A stretch of DNA of 64,000 nt from Zootoca vivipara (Eukaryota): contig NC_083283.1 of assembly GCF_963506605.1 (NCBI RefSeq), positions 60,388,001 through 60,452,000 on the forward strand, read 5' to 3'. Below are positions 49,001 through 61,950 of this stretch, piece after piece. The number at the start of each line of letters is the position of its first letter. The stretch's first letter is position 1. The notes beneath the pieces were generated by a model. That model did no database searches and was not told where the DNA came from. It saw nothing but the letters and a program-made list of their open reading frames with translations. Both the position numbers and the translations under genes were made by a program.

Positions 49001-50047
49001 GTAATAATTCTACTTTCTTAAAAGCCAGAATGCTCAGTGCATGCTCAATTCAATAGCAGATGTAAATCTGCCCTCTGCTGGCTCATTTATTAAAGTACCT
49101 AAATTCTCTAATTCCTGTAAGAAAAGAGGATGACAGAATGGAAAAACAGCTGTGACATATATCAGCATTTCTATCCCGCAATTTCCTAAGCACATAAGCA
49201 AGTAAAATACATTCTATAGGGAAAATGCAAATAATATAGAAAAACCTCTTGGGGCAGTCTAATCCCAGTCCATGAATACCTGCCCAAATGAAAAAGTAGT
49301 ATAATTTCTATCAAGGACTTATGGTATTGCTGTACATAATTTTATCCGATTTTTATTACATTATTTATCTAATTCAGCATTTTCAGTGTAAGCTGCCTTG
49401 CTCTAAAATAGTCAATACAGCTGCCCTTTTATGTTGCTATGTATGTATTTCTTAACTTGGTGCAAGATACCTACATTATTTACATTGAAAAAAGCTTTCA
49501 AAATAAATTCTACTGACGGTTTATTACAGACTTTAGCACAACTAATAAAATACTTCATTTAAAGCCAATGCAAAAACAAGTAACTGAAACTGAAACGTAA
49601 TAGGTGGGGTTTATTCATGAATCCAAATAAATTGTATAGCTAATGAATATTTGATAGTAATTACTCTTCTCTATCATTTATAACAGCATCCAACCTCCAA
49701 AGCAGCAGAAGACGAGGAAGTAAGAAACTGTCAGTCTATTGTTCCACCTAGCTCAATATTGTCAACTTTGACTGGCAGATGCTCTCCAGGATTTGAGGGA
49801 GAGTCTTTTCCAGCCCTACATGGAAGGCACCAGATTGAACTTGGAACCTTTGGCTTGCAAGTGTTGGTTGTACCAGTGAGCTATGGCCCTCTTGTGTCTG
49901 TGAAGCCATCTTACCTGCTTCACAGTTCCTGTAATGTTGTAGCTAGGGTTGCTAGACTCAGTAGAGGACAGGACTTCTGTGCCTTTAATTGCCCTGCTCT
50001 CTTTTGAATCTGGAAACCTTAAAGAGAAACCAGCAGACCCTTTGTTT

Positions 50048-50766
50048 CAGGGGTGTCAAACTCAAATTCATTGGGGGCCGCATCAGCAGTTTGGTCACCC
50101 TCAAAGGGCCGGTTGTATCTGTAGGACTATGTGTCCACTCTTTATTATCATAAATTATTGTCACTGCATTCAATTATTACTGTTTTTTGTAATAATGTAA
50201 GTAATAACTAGCTCTGAAAGCAGAAACATAGTCAGAATAATGGCAAGTAGATATTCAAATGTACAATTATTGTACAATTAATTGAAAAATGATTTTTGGT
50301 AACTGCACTGGGTGGTGGAGGCTCGCTAGGGTTTCATGCAGGACCTTTGCAGAGCTACTAGTACCTGGAGATGCTGGGGTCCTTCTGCATGCAGGACAGA
50401 TGTTCTGCCAGTGAGCCACCACCCTTCACCAAAGGGACTGGCTGAGGTTGACTCACTGGAGCTGCTCTCCTGGTTCCAGGGTTTAAGGGCCAGAAGTATA
50501 AAGCAGCATCCTATGTTTCTGAGGAGAGGGAGAGGGAGGGGAGGGAGGAAGGAAGGAAGGAAGAAAAGAGGGAGTGGGAGGGAGAGAGGAAGGAAGGAAA
50601 GGGGAGAGAAAGAAGAGTAGGAAATAAGGAAAGGAATAAAGAAGGAAAGAAAAAGAAAGAGGTGAGAGAAGACGGAAAGGGAGAAAGAAGGAAGGAAGTA
50701 GAGGGAAATAAAGAATAAGAATGAGGGAGAGGAAGAAAGATGGGAAGGACAGAAGGAAGGAAGTAA

Positions 50767-50799
<33 letters not shown>

Positions 50800-51656
50800 G
50801 GAAAAGAGGGAGCAGGAGGGAGAGAGGAAGGAAAGAGGTGAGAGAAAGAAGAGTAGAAAAGAAGGAATAAAGAAGGAAAGAAAAAGAAAGAGGGAGAGAA
50901 GACAGAGATAAAGAAGGAAGGAAGGAGAGGGAAAGAAAGAATAAGAATGAGAGAGAGGAAGAAAGAAAGGGAAGGGGGGGTCGCCGCCTTGATTCAGCGC
51001 CAGAAAAGAGCGCGAAGGGACCCAGGGGCAAAAAGCATTTCCCGTGCAGCGTGAGGCAGCGGGTGTCCGTTTTAGAAGTGCGTAAAGCTTCAGAGTTGCA
51101 TGTTCATGAGGCTGAGCCACTGCTGAGCTCACGTTCATGAGGCTGAGCCGCGGCAGGAGGAGGTGAGGCAAGAGGAGGCGGAGGCGGCGGCTTGCCGGGT
51201 CGGTGCCCGGCAGCGCCGTGCGGAGAGTCCCGAGCCTCTGGGACGCAGCAGTGCTCTGTAGCACTTTGAATCCTCCACGCAGCGCTGCTGGGTGCTTTGT
51301 CTGTGCTTCAGCAGCAGCAGCAGCAGCCGTTTCCAGGCGCCGAGCCGTGGCAGGAGGAGGAGGATTCAAAGTGCTACAGAGCACTGCTGCGTCACAGAGG
51401 CTTGGGACTCTCCGTGCGGCGCTGCCGGGCACTGACCCGGCAAGCTGCCTCCTCCTCCTCCTGCTGTGGCTCGGGGCGCTCCATGCAGCGCTGCTCTGGC
51501 TGCCTTTCTACCCCCCCGGCCCCAGCTGTTTGTCGGCGCGGCGCTTCAGTAGCAAGGTCCCGCTGCTGGGTCCCGCTGGCTGGGGCGCTCAGCGGGCCAC
51601 ATGACGAGGTCTGGCGGGCCGGATTTGGCCCCCAGGCCTTGTGTTTGACACCCGTG
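50048..51656. mobile_element. Non-autonomous hAT (Charlie-like) element, 1.6 kb
   Basis: TIR CAGGGGTGTCAAAC/GTTTGACACCCGTG; perfect TSD CTTTGTTT. Confidence 0.88.
50521..50980. repeat. Polypurine (GA-rich) low-complexity tract
   Basis: Almost only A/G on the + strand; (GAAA)n and (GGAA)n. Confidence 0.9.
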
Positions 51657-53751
51657 CTTTGTTTGGAAATTAAACAAAGTGTCTGCTGGTTTCTTTGTTT
51701 GGAAATTAAACAAAGTGTCTGCTGGTTTCTTTTTAAGGTTTCCAGACTCAAAAGAGAGCAGGGCAATTAAAGGCACAGAAGTCCTGTCCTCTATTGAGTC
51801 TGGCAACCCTAGTTGTAGCACCTGTGTTAAGTGATTGAAACGGTAACTTTCAATCCACACACATTTCCTGGTTATATGGATCCACACACATTTTCTGGTT
51901 ATATGGGCAGCCATCTGCACATCTTCATTACACTATTAGCCATGTTTGCAGGGATCTACCTCCAGGGGTAACAAGAGTAATGTATAGAGTAACAGATAAC
52001 CCTGGCTCTGTTTGCATGTGACACTAAACCAAAATATGGCTTTGTGTGGGTTCTGCTATTCAGGGCTAAACCATTATTTTGGGCTAGCAAGTCATCTGAA
52101 TCCAGGTTCATGTTTTGTCTCCTCCAAACAGGCATAAGAAGTAAACAAAGAACAAACTTTGGTTACAGCTCATGGTCTATCCAGAGCAAAAATGGGGAAC
52201 CTCCAGCCCACAAACCAGTCTTAACTAACCCAACAGGCCCAATGTGGCCTGCAATGCTATTTTCTCCCTAAATCATGTCTACCTGCTCATCACACCATAA
52301 CAAAAAAAAAATGGAATTGCTATCAACAACACACCTAATTTCTCAGTACAGCTCTCTAACATTGTGTGCAATACTTTATTCAGATAATGGGAATAAAATA
52401 TTAGCAGAGGCAGCTGAGAATTATGTGTAGAAGGTACAAGAGTCAGTTGCACTGAGCACAGCGGTTTTCATTATAATGTTGAACTAATGTAGCAGTGATA
52501 ATAACTCTGCCTGGAGCAAAGGTTTGTTTTCTTATGGAGATTTTTGACAAATTAATCTGTGGTGCCTGAGATTAAAGTAGATTTTATTATTACTGTGTTT
52601 CCCAGGAAAAGCACATGAATCACCCTTCTCATCCCTCACTGTCCCAAAGCCCTTTCTGTGTGTGGTTTTCAAACGTTACATCGGATTTCCCTTAAATATA
52701 GCCACATGTGGAGTGAGATAGGAAGATGGTTTAACATTAGAAAAGCATTGCTTTAGAACAGATAAGGCTTGGATCCAGAAATAGGAGCAGGGGAGTAATC
52801 TATTATTAAAATAATCACTTTACCTGGAAAAAAGAACCACAAGGTATATTTTATAGTGTCTCTCTTAGGGAAAGCCAGTGTGGTCTCCTCCAGATGTTAT
52901 GCATTACAACTTCCATCACCACCACCATTCATCATAGTCCATAATGTCAAGAGTGCACCATGTTGGCTACCCTTGTTCTCTTTGATAAAATAAAGTGGGT
53001 AGCCAATTTTGTGCCCTCCAGATGTTGCACCGCAATTCCCACCGGCCCTAGTCAACATGGCCAATGGTCAGGACTGATGGGAGTTGTAGGGCAACATCTG
53101 GAGGGGAACCACATTGGTTATCCCGAGATAAGGTATAGCACATTGTTACAATAAATGTAAAGCACAGGGACCTACAGTATATGGAATAAAATTTTAAGAA
53201 GTACAAGCACACCTTTTAAAGGCCATTAATTGTGCTTTTAAAACTGATGGCAGTGCTTGTAACCATGTTGCTACCACAAAATCAATAACAGGCAGGCACA
53301 TAAGTTTGTTTATTGAACCAATTAATTGTCTAAGAGCATGAAACAATTGAGATGCAGCAACAGTGGTGGTATAACTAACATTGCATCCTACTGATAGCCC
53401 AGGAAACAGAGCGCCTTTCCTGGTACCCAAAGCCCATTTAAGAGTTTAAATCCCACTCCTAGCTGATACAGTCAGATAAAATCACTAACAATGTATAGGG
53501 AGCATTGTATTGACATTTTAGTGCAGATAATTCCAACAGAACTCCCTGTTACTGTGGATCATTATTTCTACTTAAGTTTTAGCATGCCTCTGCTGCAGCA
53601 TAAGAAAAACTTATTACCAATGTCACAAAAAGATGATGGTAAAACTGAAATTTTAAACATACCCCCAATCCCACTAACAGCACAATCCTTGCTTCAGTCA
53701 CTCGGAAATCCTGTTAAATTCAATGGGACTTACTCCAAGGTAAGTGGGCTT

Positions 53752-54360
53752 AAGAAGGGGAAGAAATGGAAGCAGTGAGAGATTTTACTTTATTGGGTTC
53801 CATGATCACTGCAGATGGTGACAGCAGTCATGAAATAAAAAGACGCCTGCTTCTTGGGAAAAAAGCAATGGCAAACCTAGACAGCATCTTAAAAAGCAGA
53901 GACATCACCTTGCCGACAAAGGTCCGTATAGTTAAAGCTATGGTTTTCCCAGTAGTAATGTATGGAAATGAGAGCTGGACCATAAAGAAGGCTGATTGCT
54001 GAAGAATTGATGCTTTTGAATTAAGGTGCTGGAGGAGACTCTTCAGATTCCCATGGACTGCAAGAAGATCAAACCTATCCGTTCTGAAGGAAATCAGCCC
54101 TGAGTGCTCACTGGAAGGACAGATCCTGAAGCTGAGGCTCCAATACTTTGGCCACCTCATGAGAAGAGAAAACTCCCTGGGAAAGATAAAGGGCACAAGG
54201 AGAAGAGGACAACAGAGGACGAGATGGTTGGACAGTGTTACTGAAGCTACTAACATGAGTCTGACCAAACTGGGAGGCAGTGGAAGACAGGAGTGGCTGG
54301 TGTGTTCTGGTCCATGGGGTCACAGAGAGTTGGACACGACTAAACGACTAAACAACAACA
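53752..54360 (+). mobile_element. BovB (RTE) LINE 3' fragment
   Basis: MEAVRDFTLLGSMITADGDSSHEIKRRLLLGKKAMANLDSILKSRDITLPTKVRIVKAMVFPVVMYG; (CAA)n tail. Confidence 0.95.
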
Positions 54361-55424
54361 AGTGTTGTAGGATCACAGCCTTAAGCACCTTCTGTCACAC
54401 CTTGAATATCAGGAAGCACGATTCAAGAAGGAGCTCAAAATATAGAATTTGTATTCTACTCATCCATTCAACAGTACTACCTATGTAATCGAAATAATCA
54501 CTCCCTGGATTTCTCCAAAAATTGGCACAATCAGTGTTGCTCTACTGCTGCTGCTGCTGCTGCTGCTGCTGAAGGACCCTCTTAGATTTAGATATGGAAA
54601 TAGATCAATGTATCTATGCCATATCAGCAGATAGAGCCAAATTTATGGCATGGAATCGATTTGTTCACACATAATTACTTCTTAATTAATGGTAATTTCA
54701 TTTGTCATCCTTCATACCAGCAGATGGTGCTATTTGGCATATAGAGGAATATTTTGTTGATCCCTCAAATAGTAGCCTGTAAAACCAAGTACAGGCCTGT
54801 AGCAAATCACATAATCATATAATTGAAGAGTTGGAAGGTATCCCAAGGTTCCTCTAGTCCAACCCCCTGCAATGCAGGAATCCTGCCCACAACCATCCCT
54901 GGGGGGGCACGAACCACCAATCTTCTGGTTAACAGCAGAGGCACTGACGTTTTTAAATTGCTATGAACTGACAAATTACATTTCAAGTAATATGCAGTAA
55001 CACATATTTTCCTCACAGTGAGGATCCGTCACTACTAAAAACAGAATCTAATTTACAGTAATCAGCAGATCTATTAAATTCCAGAGGTTAAATTTTTGTA
55101 CAGTAATTACTTTCCTGTCATTTTTCTTTTCAGCAAGAGTATAAGATGAGCCTGCTGATCTGGCCAATGGCCCATTCACAGCCTGTGGCAAGCTGCACAT
55201 GAGCGCAATGGTACTTCTGCCCACCTGCAATTTCTAGCAATTGGTATTCAGAAGCGTAGTGTCTTTGACAGTGGAGGCAGAAAATAGCCATCCTGGCTAG
55301 TAGCTGTTCATAGCCTTGATGTATCTTTGTCCATCCTTCCTAACCCTTCGTCTTTCACATTACCCCTACTCTGAGTGAAACAGAGAAAGGCAATGGACAC
55401 CCATTCACCTGGAATTCCATTGTG

Positions 55425-55720
55425 AAGGCCATTAGGTTGTGCCACAACAGCACTCTAGAAAATGTACTACAGTATATGAAACTGCTGGGAGATGTTATCA
55501 GAAGTTTTGGAGCACAGTTTCATCAGTAGGCCTACTGTATGTGGATGACACCCATGAACCAGGTCTATCTTTCCATTCCATTTGTGCTGTGCGAATGCTG
55601 AACTGGTTTTTGGAGGCAAAAACAGACTAAATGAGGGACAGTAAACTGAAACTAAATCCCAACAAGGTGGAGGTGCTCGTGTCAAGGAATTGGGAAGATG
55701 ACACGTTCTAGACTTTGGAT
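55425..55720 (+). mobile_element. Degraded L2-like RT remnant
   Basis: LYVDDT (YADD-like motif) followed by a KLKLNPNK-like stretch (aaactgaaactaaatcccaacaag). Confidence 0.6.
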
Positions 55721-58113
55721 CTGGTGTAATTTTATAACAGCTTGCTTTATGCCTGTTTCTTGTGCATAGGACTGTTCTCTTAATCTGTGCTCTGTTTTAG
55801 TGCTCTGCTCCACATTCTAATTCCGTCATCTTGGCCTTGGGGCTACTGGCATTAGTATAAAAATATAATGTACATTGTGTCCCTTTCCAAATGTTCTTTT
55901 GATGTTATCTTCCCCCCTCCCAAAGAAAGAAAACTGTTTGTCTCATCAGACAGCTGTTACTTGGTTCTCTATGATGCCGTCAAATTCTACTCTATACCCA
56001 CTTAGGGAACCCAAAACATTTACACCATCATTCCTAAGGGATGCTATTGTGAATTCGGTACTTCTAAGCTTCTACCTCCAGATGTTGATGTTGTTCATTC
56101 TTCTTCTGTGTTAAATCGTTTTTGATTAGAGAAAAGGGTCATTTTCCTACAAAATGAAAAGCTGAAATAATATAAAATGGTTAAAAATATAGCATTATCC
56201 AACAAATTTCTACTGAAAGTAGATACATAAAAATTAATGGTCATGGTTAAACATGCCAATTAATTTCAATGGATTTGCTCTGAATAGAGCATAGTTGGAT
56301 ATAATCCACAGCACATAAACAACTTGTGGAAGATACAGCAAAATTGTTGTTCACAAGAACAGTGCCGTAAGATTGAATAAAAAAATAAAGGCAGCTAGAC
56401 ATTAGATTGCGTCAGGATTATTCATCTTCAATTCTGTAAAACTCATAATTAGTAAAAATTAATCTCATTTATGATGAGCTGAATAAGATCTTTAAGTTAA
56501 CATTTTTTAAAAAGCCAGAAGATTTTCTGCTTGGAATTTTAGGTAAAGACATTCCAAAAAACATTTCAAGAAAAAAATTTCTATATGCAACAGCTGCAGC
56601 CCGAATACTGATCGCAGTGAATTGGAAAGGGGAAAAAGCTCCAACCTTATCAGATTGGCAGTGCAAATTATTGGAATATGTGCAATTGACTAACAGACTA
56701 AGAGGTAATACAAGACAATCATTTATTCAAAAATGGGTTAATAGATATTTGCAGAATAATAATAGCAGTACAATATCTATGGCCTTTGAATGACCCATGT
56801 CTAAACGAATTGTTAAGAAACAAGCGAAAAGGTACAAATTATTGTAAGAAAGTATTAGAAAATACAGAAAGAGTAAGGTAATAATGATAAGTACATTCAT
56901 CACCAGAAAGATTATATGCATCGGGAAATGATAGGAAGTCTATTCTATGTTAGTAAAAAGATAGGGAAAAAAGAGATTACATAAATTTAATTTTAATTTA
57001 ATTTTTGTAAACATATATAAGATTATTAGTACATGATTGTTTTCATCTTGGTATATTGTGTATGTTACCTATGAATTTCAATAAAGTATTTAAAATGTGG
57101 GGGAAAAAACACCTAATAATTAAAGCATCGTAGATAGTTCAAGAAGTTGAACTAAAAATAAGGTGCTCAAGTTATCAGGACTGCCACAAGTTGCTGACAA
57201 AATAGGGTTGTGCCTACAATGCTGTAAGGAAGGGACAGATAATGCCAGTACAGGGCATGACTACAGAAAATAAACGGCTTATCATTTATCTTCAGCTCTC
57301 TATATCTGCAAAGGGGAATCTTGCTCTGCTTCCCAGCTAGGAGTCTTCCCATTTTCCATGATGGAAAGTAAATGACACCTCTACACTGTCTTTGAAGGAA
57401 ACAAAAGGCATCACATTCTGGCCTCTTTTATCAATTTTTGTTTAAAAAATTGCATAATGCAAGTTAGCAGAAAATGGAAAAGTAGCAATGAGAGGCATGT
57501 GAGTAGACTATGCCCCTGCTTCTTACCAGACCTTTGTTTTGCACTGCATCCATTTTTTATTGGATTTGTTTACTAGGAAAATTGAGTTATGTAAGATCAA
57601 AGGAGATGGGGCAGGACTTTTTTGGCCTTCTTGCCCTGTTCTCAGCTCTTACAAGTGACTTTTCCTGTATGTAGGTCTGGACAGTGGACCTTTTGGATTT
57701 AGAACTATTTATTAGCTTTTACCCGCTTTGAAAAACTGTGTTTATTCTAGATTTCTGGTTGAGAATTACTACAACCAACGAAGGTTTTATTGCTATAGCG
57801 TAAGTGGGAAGGAATACCCTAACTTTCTACAAAATTTCCCCTAGGATTCAGCTCCCGAGCTTTACATTTCTGGAAGATTATCCTTCTGGAATTTAGCTCT
57901 CAGTGTACAATGTACTTGTTTGTTAGGGTTGCCATACTGCAGTTCCCAATATCCAAGTGACCTATTTGGCATATTATGTTATTTGCCATTTATGCAAATC
58001 AGGTTGGAAGAAAGTTAAGCAACACCCCCTATAAATTTGAAGTTGGAGATGGGAATATAAAGTTTTAAGTTACCTCATTGCTTTTTTTGCTCCAGAAAAA
58101 GATTGATGTAAGC

Positions 58114-58249
58114 CAGGCATCCCCAAACTGTGACCCTCCAGATGTTTTGGCCTACAACTCCCATGATCCCTAGCTAATAGGACCAGTGGTCGGGGAGGAT
58201 GGGAATTGTAGTCCAAAACATCTGGAGGGCCGAAGTTTGGGGGTGCCTG
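58114..58249. mobile_element. URR1-like hAT MITE (second copy)
   Basis: Near-identical to 47013-47147; perfect TSD ATGTAAGC. Confidence 0.9.
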
Positions 58250-58538
58250 ATGTAAGCAATTCATATATTCATTTATTTTTATTTCTTAAACTTATACCCC
58301 ATTTTCTGTGGTAGCAGCCAAGGTGGCTTGCAGCAGTACAAATATAATAAAAATATACAACTAATATATAATCAAGATATACAATTTAAAAAGTAGATAA
58401 AAAAACAATAAAATAACCAAGAGCTAGTTAAGGCCATTTAAATGTACTACAACAGAAGAAAACTGGAGAACTCATAAACCAATGGCCCATTTACTGAAAA
58501 AGTTTTTGCTTGTTAGCAGCCATCAGTAACAGGGCTAG

Positions 58539-58890
58539 GTAAAGGTAAAGGGACCCCTGACCATTAGGTCCAGTTGTGACCGACTCTGGGGTTGCGCGCT
58601 CATCTCGCATTATTGGCCAAGGGAGCTGGCGTATAGCTTCCAGGTCATGTGGCCAGCATGACAAAGCTGCTTCTGGCAAACCAGAGCAGCACATGGAAAC
58701 GCCGTTTACCTTCCCGCTGTAGCGGTTCCTATTTATCTACTTGCATTTTGACATGCTTTTGAACTGCTAGGTTGGCAGGAGCTGGGACCAAGCAACGGGA
58801 GCTCACCCCGTCACAGGGATTCGAACCGCCGACCTTCTGATCAGCAAGCCCTAGGCTCAGTGGTTTAACCACAGCGCCACCTGGGTCCCT
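58539..58890 (-). mobile_element. Sauria SINE
   Basis: Full head and tail; TSD AACAGGGCTAG. Confidence 0.92.
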
Positions 58891-59387
58891 CAACAGGGCT
58901 AGACATAGCTACAAAAACAATAAACTTATTGGATATAATGAAATGTGTGAAAGACAGAATATTGTCCCTGAACTGATGGCAGGACATTATACCTTTCTTT
59001 GCAAAAAAAATAATTACTTCTTCAGGTGGTAATGAAGGAAATTCTTGTAGACTTACGGTATATTAAGTTAGAACTTTGCAGTGCTGTAAAGTATTAGGTT
59101 ACAAAGAGGCATGCTGGGGTTAAAAGAGACGATGACATTAGAAAAAAATACTGTTGTGTTTCTGATACGTTCATAGAAAAACCCAGTGACTTTATTTATG
59201 TCTCAGGTAAGTCAGCAAAAGTTCATGGCTGAAAGTTGGTTCATCCAAAGGTTGGATGTCTCACACTTTCTAGCCAATGGGTTTCAAACCCTTGGTGAGT
59301 TAGGGACTTCCCCTGCATGAGAAGACAGGCTCGGGTAGATTGAGCAGATGAGATCAATAGTCCAAGATGGCAGTTTCTATTTCTGCT

Positions 59388-59553
59388 TACTGTATATTCC
59401 GTATAAGACGACCCCCAACTTTTCCAGTTAAAATATAGAGTTTGGGATATACTTGCCGTATAAGAAATACGACCCGGCGTATAAGACGACCCCCGACTTT
59501 TGAGAAGATTTTCCTGGGTTAAAAAGTAGTCTTATATGCAGGAATATACAGTA
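59388..59553. mobile_element. pogo/Tc2-like MITE
   Basis: TACTGTATATTCC...GGAATATACAGTA inverted ends; repeated TATAAGACGACCCCC. Confidence 0.75.
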
Positions 59554-60304
59554 ATCAGATAACTGCATCTTTTCCTAGGAGCAGAGCATGTATTGTCTGT
59601 AGTTCTATTTTTCTGGAAAAAGAGGTGCCAGAATTCACCATGAACACCTCCCTTGTTCTCTTAGAATGGCAATGGTGCTCACCTGAGAGGTGCCGAAACG
59701 GAGTTCCTGTAAGTTCCCCATGAAAAAAAAAGCCCTGGTCGTATGGAACTGCCACACCAAGCTGCCTATGTTGTAGTCAAATCATGTTTGACTAAAGCTT
59801 TTACACAGCATTAACTCAAAGGTTCCTTCCCGAAACACAGCCTGCTGTTTTCCTTCTGATATTCACTTTTGCCAGATCATTTCTTGGGGACCAATTTGCT
59901 GGAACGTTTAGCTTTAGGTAAGCCACGCTTACCTTGGTATGTAATTAATATGGCAAAATGTTATTAATCATATTCCAAATACTACAGAAGTAGGTGTGAG
60001 CTCCCAAATGTGCAAAATAACCAGGGAAAATAATCTGTGTTTCTGCATCCCTGTCAGGGCGATGGTAGTTCAGAGTGCTTGACTAGAACTCAGGTTCCCA
60101 TTCACACCACACAGTTAAAGCACTATGATACCATTTTGATCGGTCATAAGAGCTGTTTGTTAAGGATGCTGGGAGTTGGAAGGAGATCCCTAATTCCCCT
60201 CACAGAATGTCAGTTCTGAGTGGTTTTTCTGGGGGTACGCATACCCCTAAACATTTTGTGAATCTAAGTTTGGCATCATTGAGGGGCAGTATTTAAACAT
60301 GAGT

Positions 60305-60410
60305 TTGAACTTGAGTTTGACCAAACTGCGGGAGGCAGTGGAAGACAGGAGTGCCTGGCGTGCTATGGTCCATGGGGTCAGGAAGAGTCAGACACGACTA
60401 AACAACAACA
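60305..60410 (+). mobile_element. BovB 3' fragment nested in a MITE
   Basis: BovB tail; 14-bp TSD ATTTAAACATGAGT. Confidence 0.85.
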
Positions 60411-60799
60411 ATTTAAACATGAGTAGGAAAATGAGAGTTCCCCTAAACATTTTTTTTTAGAAAAATGGGTTTAACAATCAATCCCTCTTTACAGCAACTC
60501 TTGAGGGTAGCCGCTCTGTAAGCGCAACAGGGGTCTCCTGACGACTCTCAACTTCTATAATGAACTACAGCTCCCAGAATTCCTTGGGGGAAGCCACGAG
60601 TGCTTAAAGTGCTATCACAAGTGTTTTAAAGTGAATGTGGTCTCCATAACCCTCACAGCCCATGAGGCTTGGTGAGTGGTGACAGAATCCGTATCTTAAG
60701 TCACAGTGTAACGTTCCTCACGTGCTCAATTGATAATATTGGGGTTGGGGAAACTAGAATGCCTGTGATTTTGCTTGCAACTGTGGTCTATTTTTCAAT

Positions 60800-60802
<3 letters not shown>

Positions 60803-60829
<27 letters not shown>
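60803..60829. repeat. (GA)n microsatellite
   Basis: Direct reading. Confidence 0.9.
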
Positions 60830-60830
<1 letters not shown>

Positions 60831-60999
60831 AGCTGTTTCATAACTGACTGGCAGAGCAGCAAATGAAGAAAGCTGGAATTAGGGTGAGGGAATCCCCCTC
60901 AAGGAGCTAACACACAAGAAACTGGAGCAGGCGGAGGGTGGGAAAAAGAGAAAGGGAGGACGAAGCACCTGCTCTTTGCACAAGTGCATAAATGCAGAA

Positions 61000-61950
61000 G
61001 ATTTGGGGAGAGTCACATGGCCGCGCGCTGTTTCCTCTGCCCTTGGGTTGCCCTTAATTCTCCTCCTCCTCGGATTTGGAGCTGCGTTCGCCGACTCCGC
61101 TTCTGCCCCGGTGCCTAATTCCCTCGCCTGAAAGGTCCCGTCTCCCTCCACCTTCTCCCCCGGGCCCGGCCTTATCGATCACGTTAATGGTGCTGCTGCT
61201 GCTACAAGCTGCAGCTGCCGGCGCCTGGAAGTGCTGCAGCGACTCCGGCTCGCCTCCCCTGGAGCTGCATTGCATTGCAAGCACCCACAGAGCCACGGAG
61301 CAGCCGGGGAGCCGAGAGGGGGGAAAGGAGCCGGGCGCCGAGGCCACCTGACTTGCCCCGCGCCGCCTGTGCACATTCCAAAAGCAGCCCGTTCCTAATA
61401 AAGAAGCGATGGGGATCCGGCACCATCTCGCGCGCCTTCGCCTCTCCCTATAAATACTCTCCCTGCAAAGAAAACAAGCTTCGGTTGCTTCTGTCCTGCC
61501 CGGCCCAGACTCGGGCTGACCGGCAAAAAAAAACCCAAAGCAAACCTAACCAAAGCAAACCAAATAAAGAGAGCGAGAGAGCGCCGTCGCCGCCGCTGTG
61601 GGAGGAAAGAGAAGCCAAAGCAACTGCAGCCCGAGAGCCTGAGGCGAGGAGCGCCCCTCCTGCACACGAGCTGAACCGGCGAGATGCCCCGAGTAGATGC
61701 CGATCTCAAACTGGACTTTAAAGATGTCTTGCTTAGACCTAAGCGAAGCAGCCTCAAAAGCAGAGCAGAGGTGGGGGTCTTTCCAAACGAGCATGCTTTT
61801 TTCCCTTAATACTTCGCATCTAATTCCGGTAGATAACCTTTTTTTCTCTTTTTTTGCATTTCCCAAATTAACGGATTAATGAGCTCTGTCTGCTTCTCTC
61901 CCGCCTCTTGTCTTTCCCGCTGCGGCACCGAATAAAGCAATCCGAATCCG
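61000..61950 (+). promoter_or_regulatory. CpG-island promoter of GMPR with TATA-like box
   Basis: CpG-rich; TATAAATA at 61449-61456, about 230 bp upstream of the ATG. Confidence 0.8.
61684..61770 (+). CDS. GMPR: GMP reductase 1, coding exon 1 (gene continues beyond the window)
   Basis: [29 protein letters not shown] then GAG|GTGGG donor; in-frame upstream stop; lies in a CpG island; follows MYLIP as in other amniotes. Confidence 0.95.

Larger units (their letters stand above)
49944..51811. mobile_element. Palindromic hAT MITE (~100-bp TIRs) split by a nested element
   Basis: TAGGGTTGC...GCAACCCTA long inverted arms; perfect TSD GTTGTAGC. Confidence 0.9.

Noticed and set aside
50326-51432. 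368-aa ORF, the longest in the track
   Set aside because: Product of a pyrimidine-rich low-complexity tract (F/L/S/P) and an inverted repeat inside a transposon; no transposase motifs
60879-61879. Overlapping ORFs at the GMPR promoter
   Set aside because: CpG-island artefacts; the true exon is in a different frame with an upstream in-frame stop
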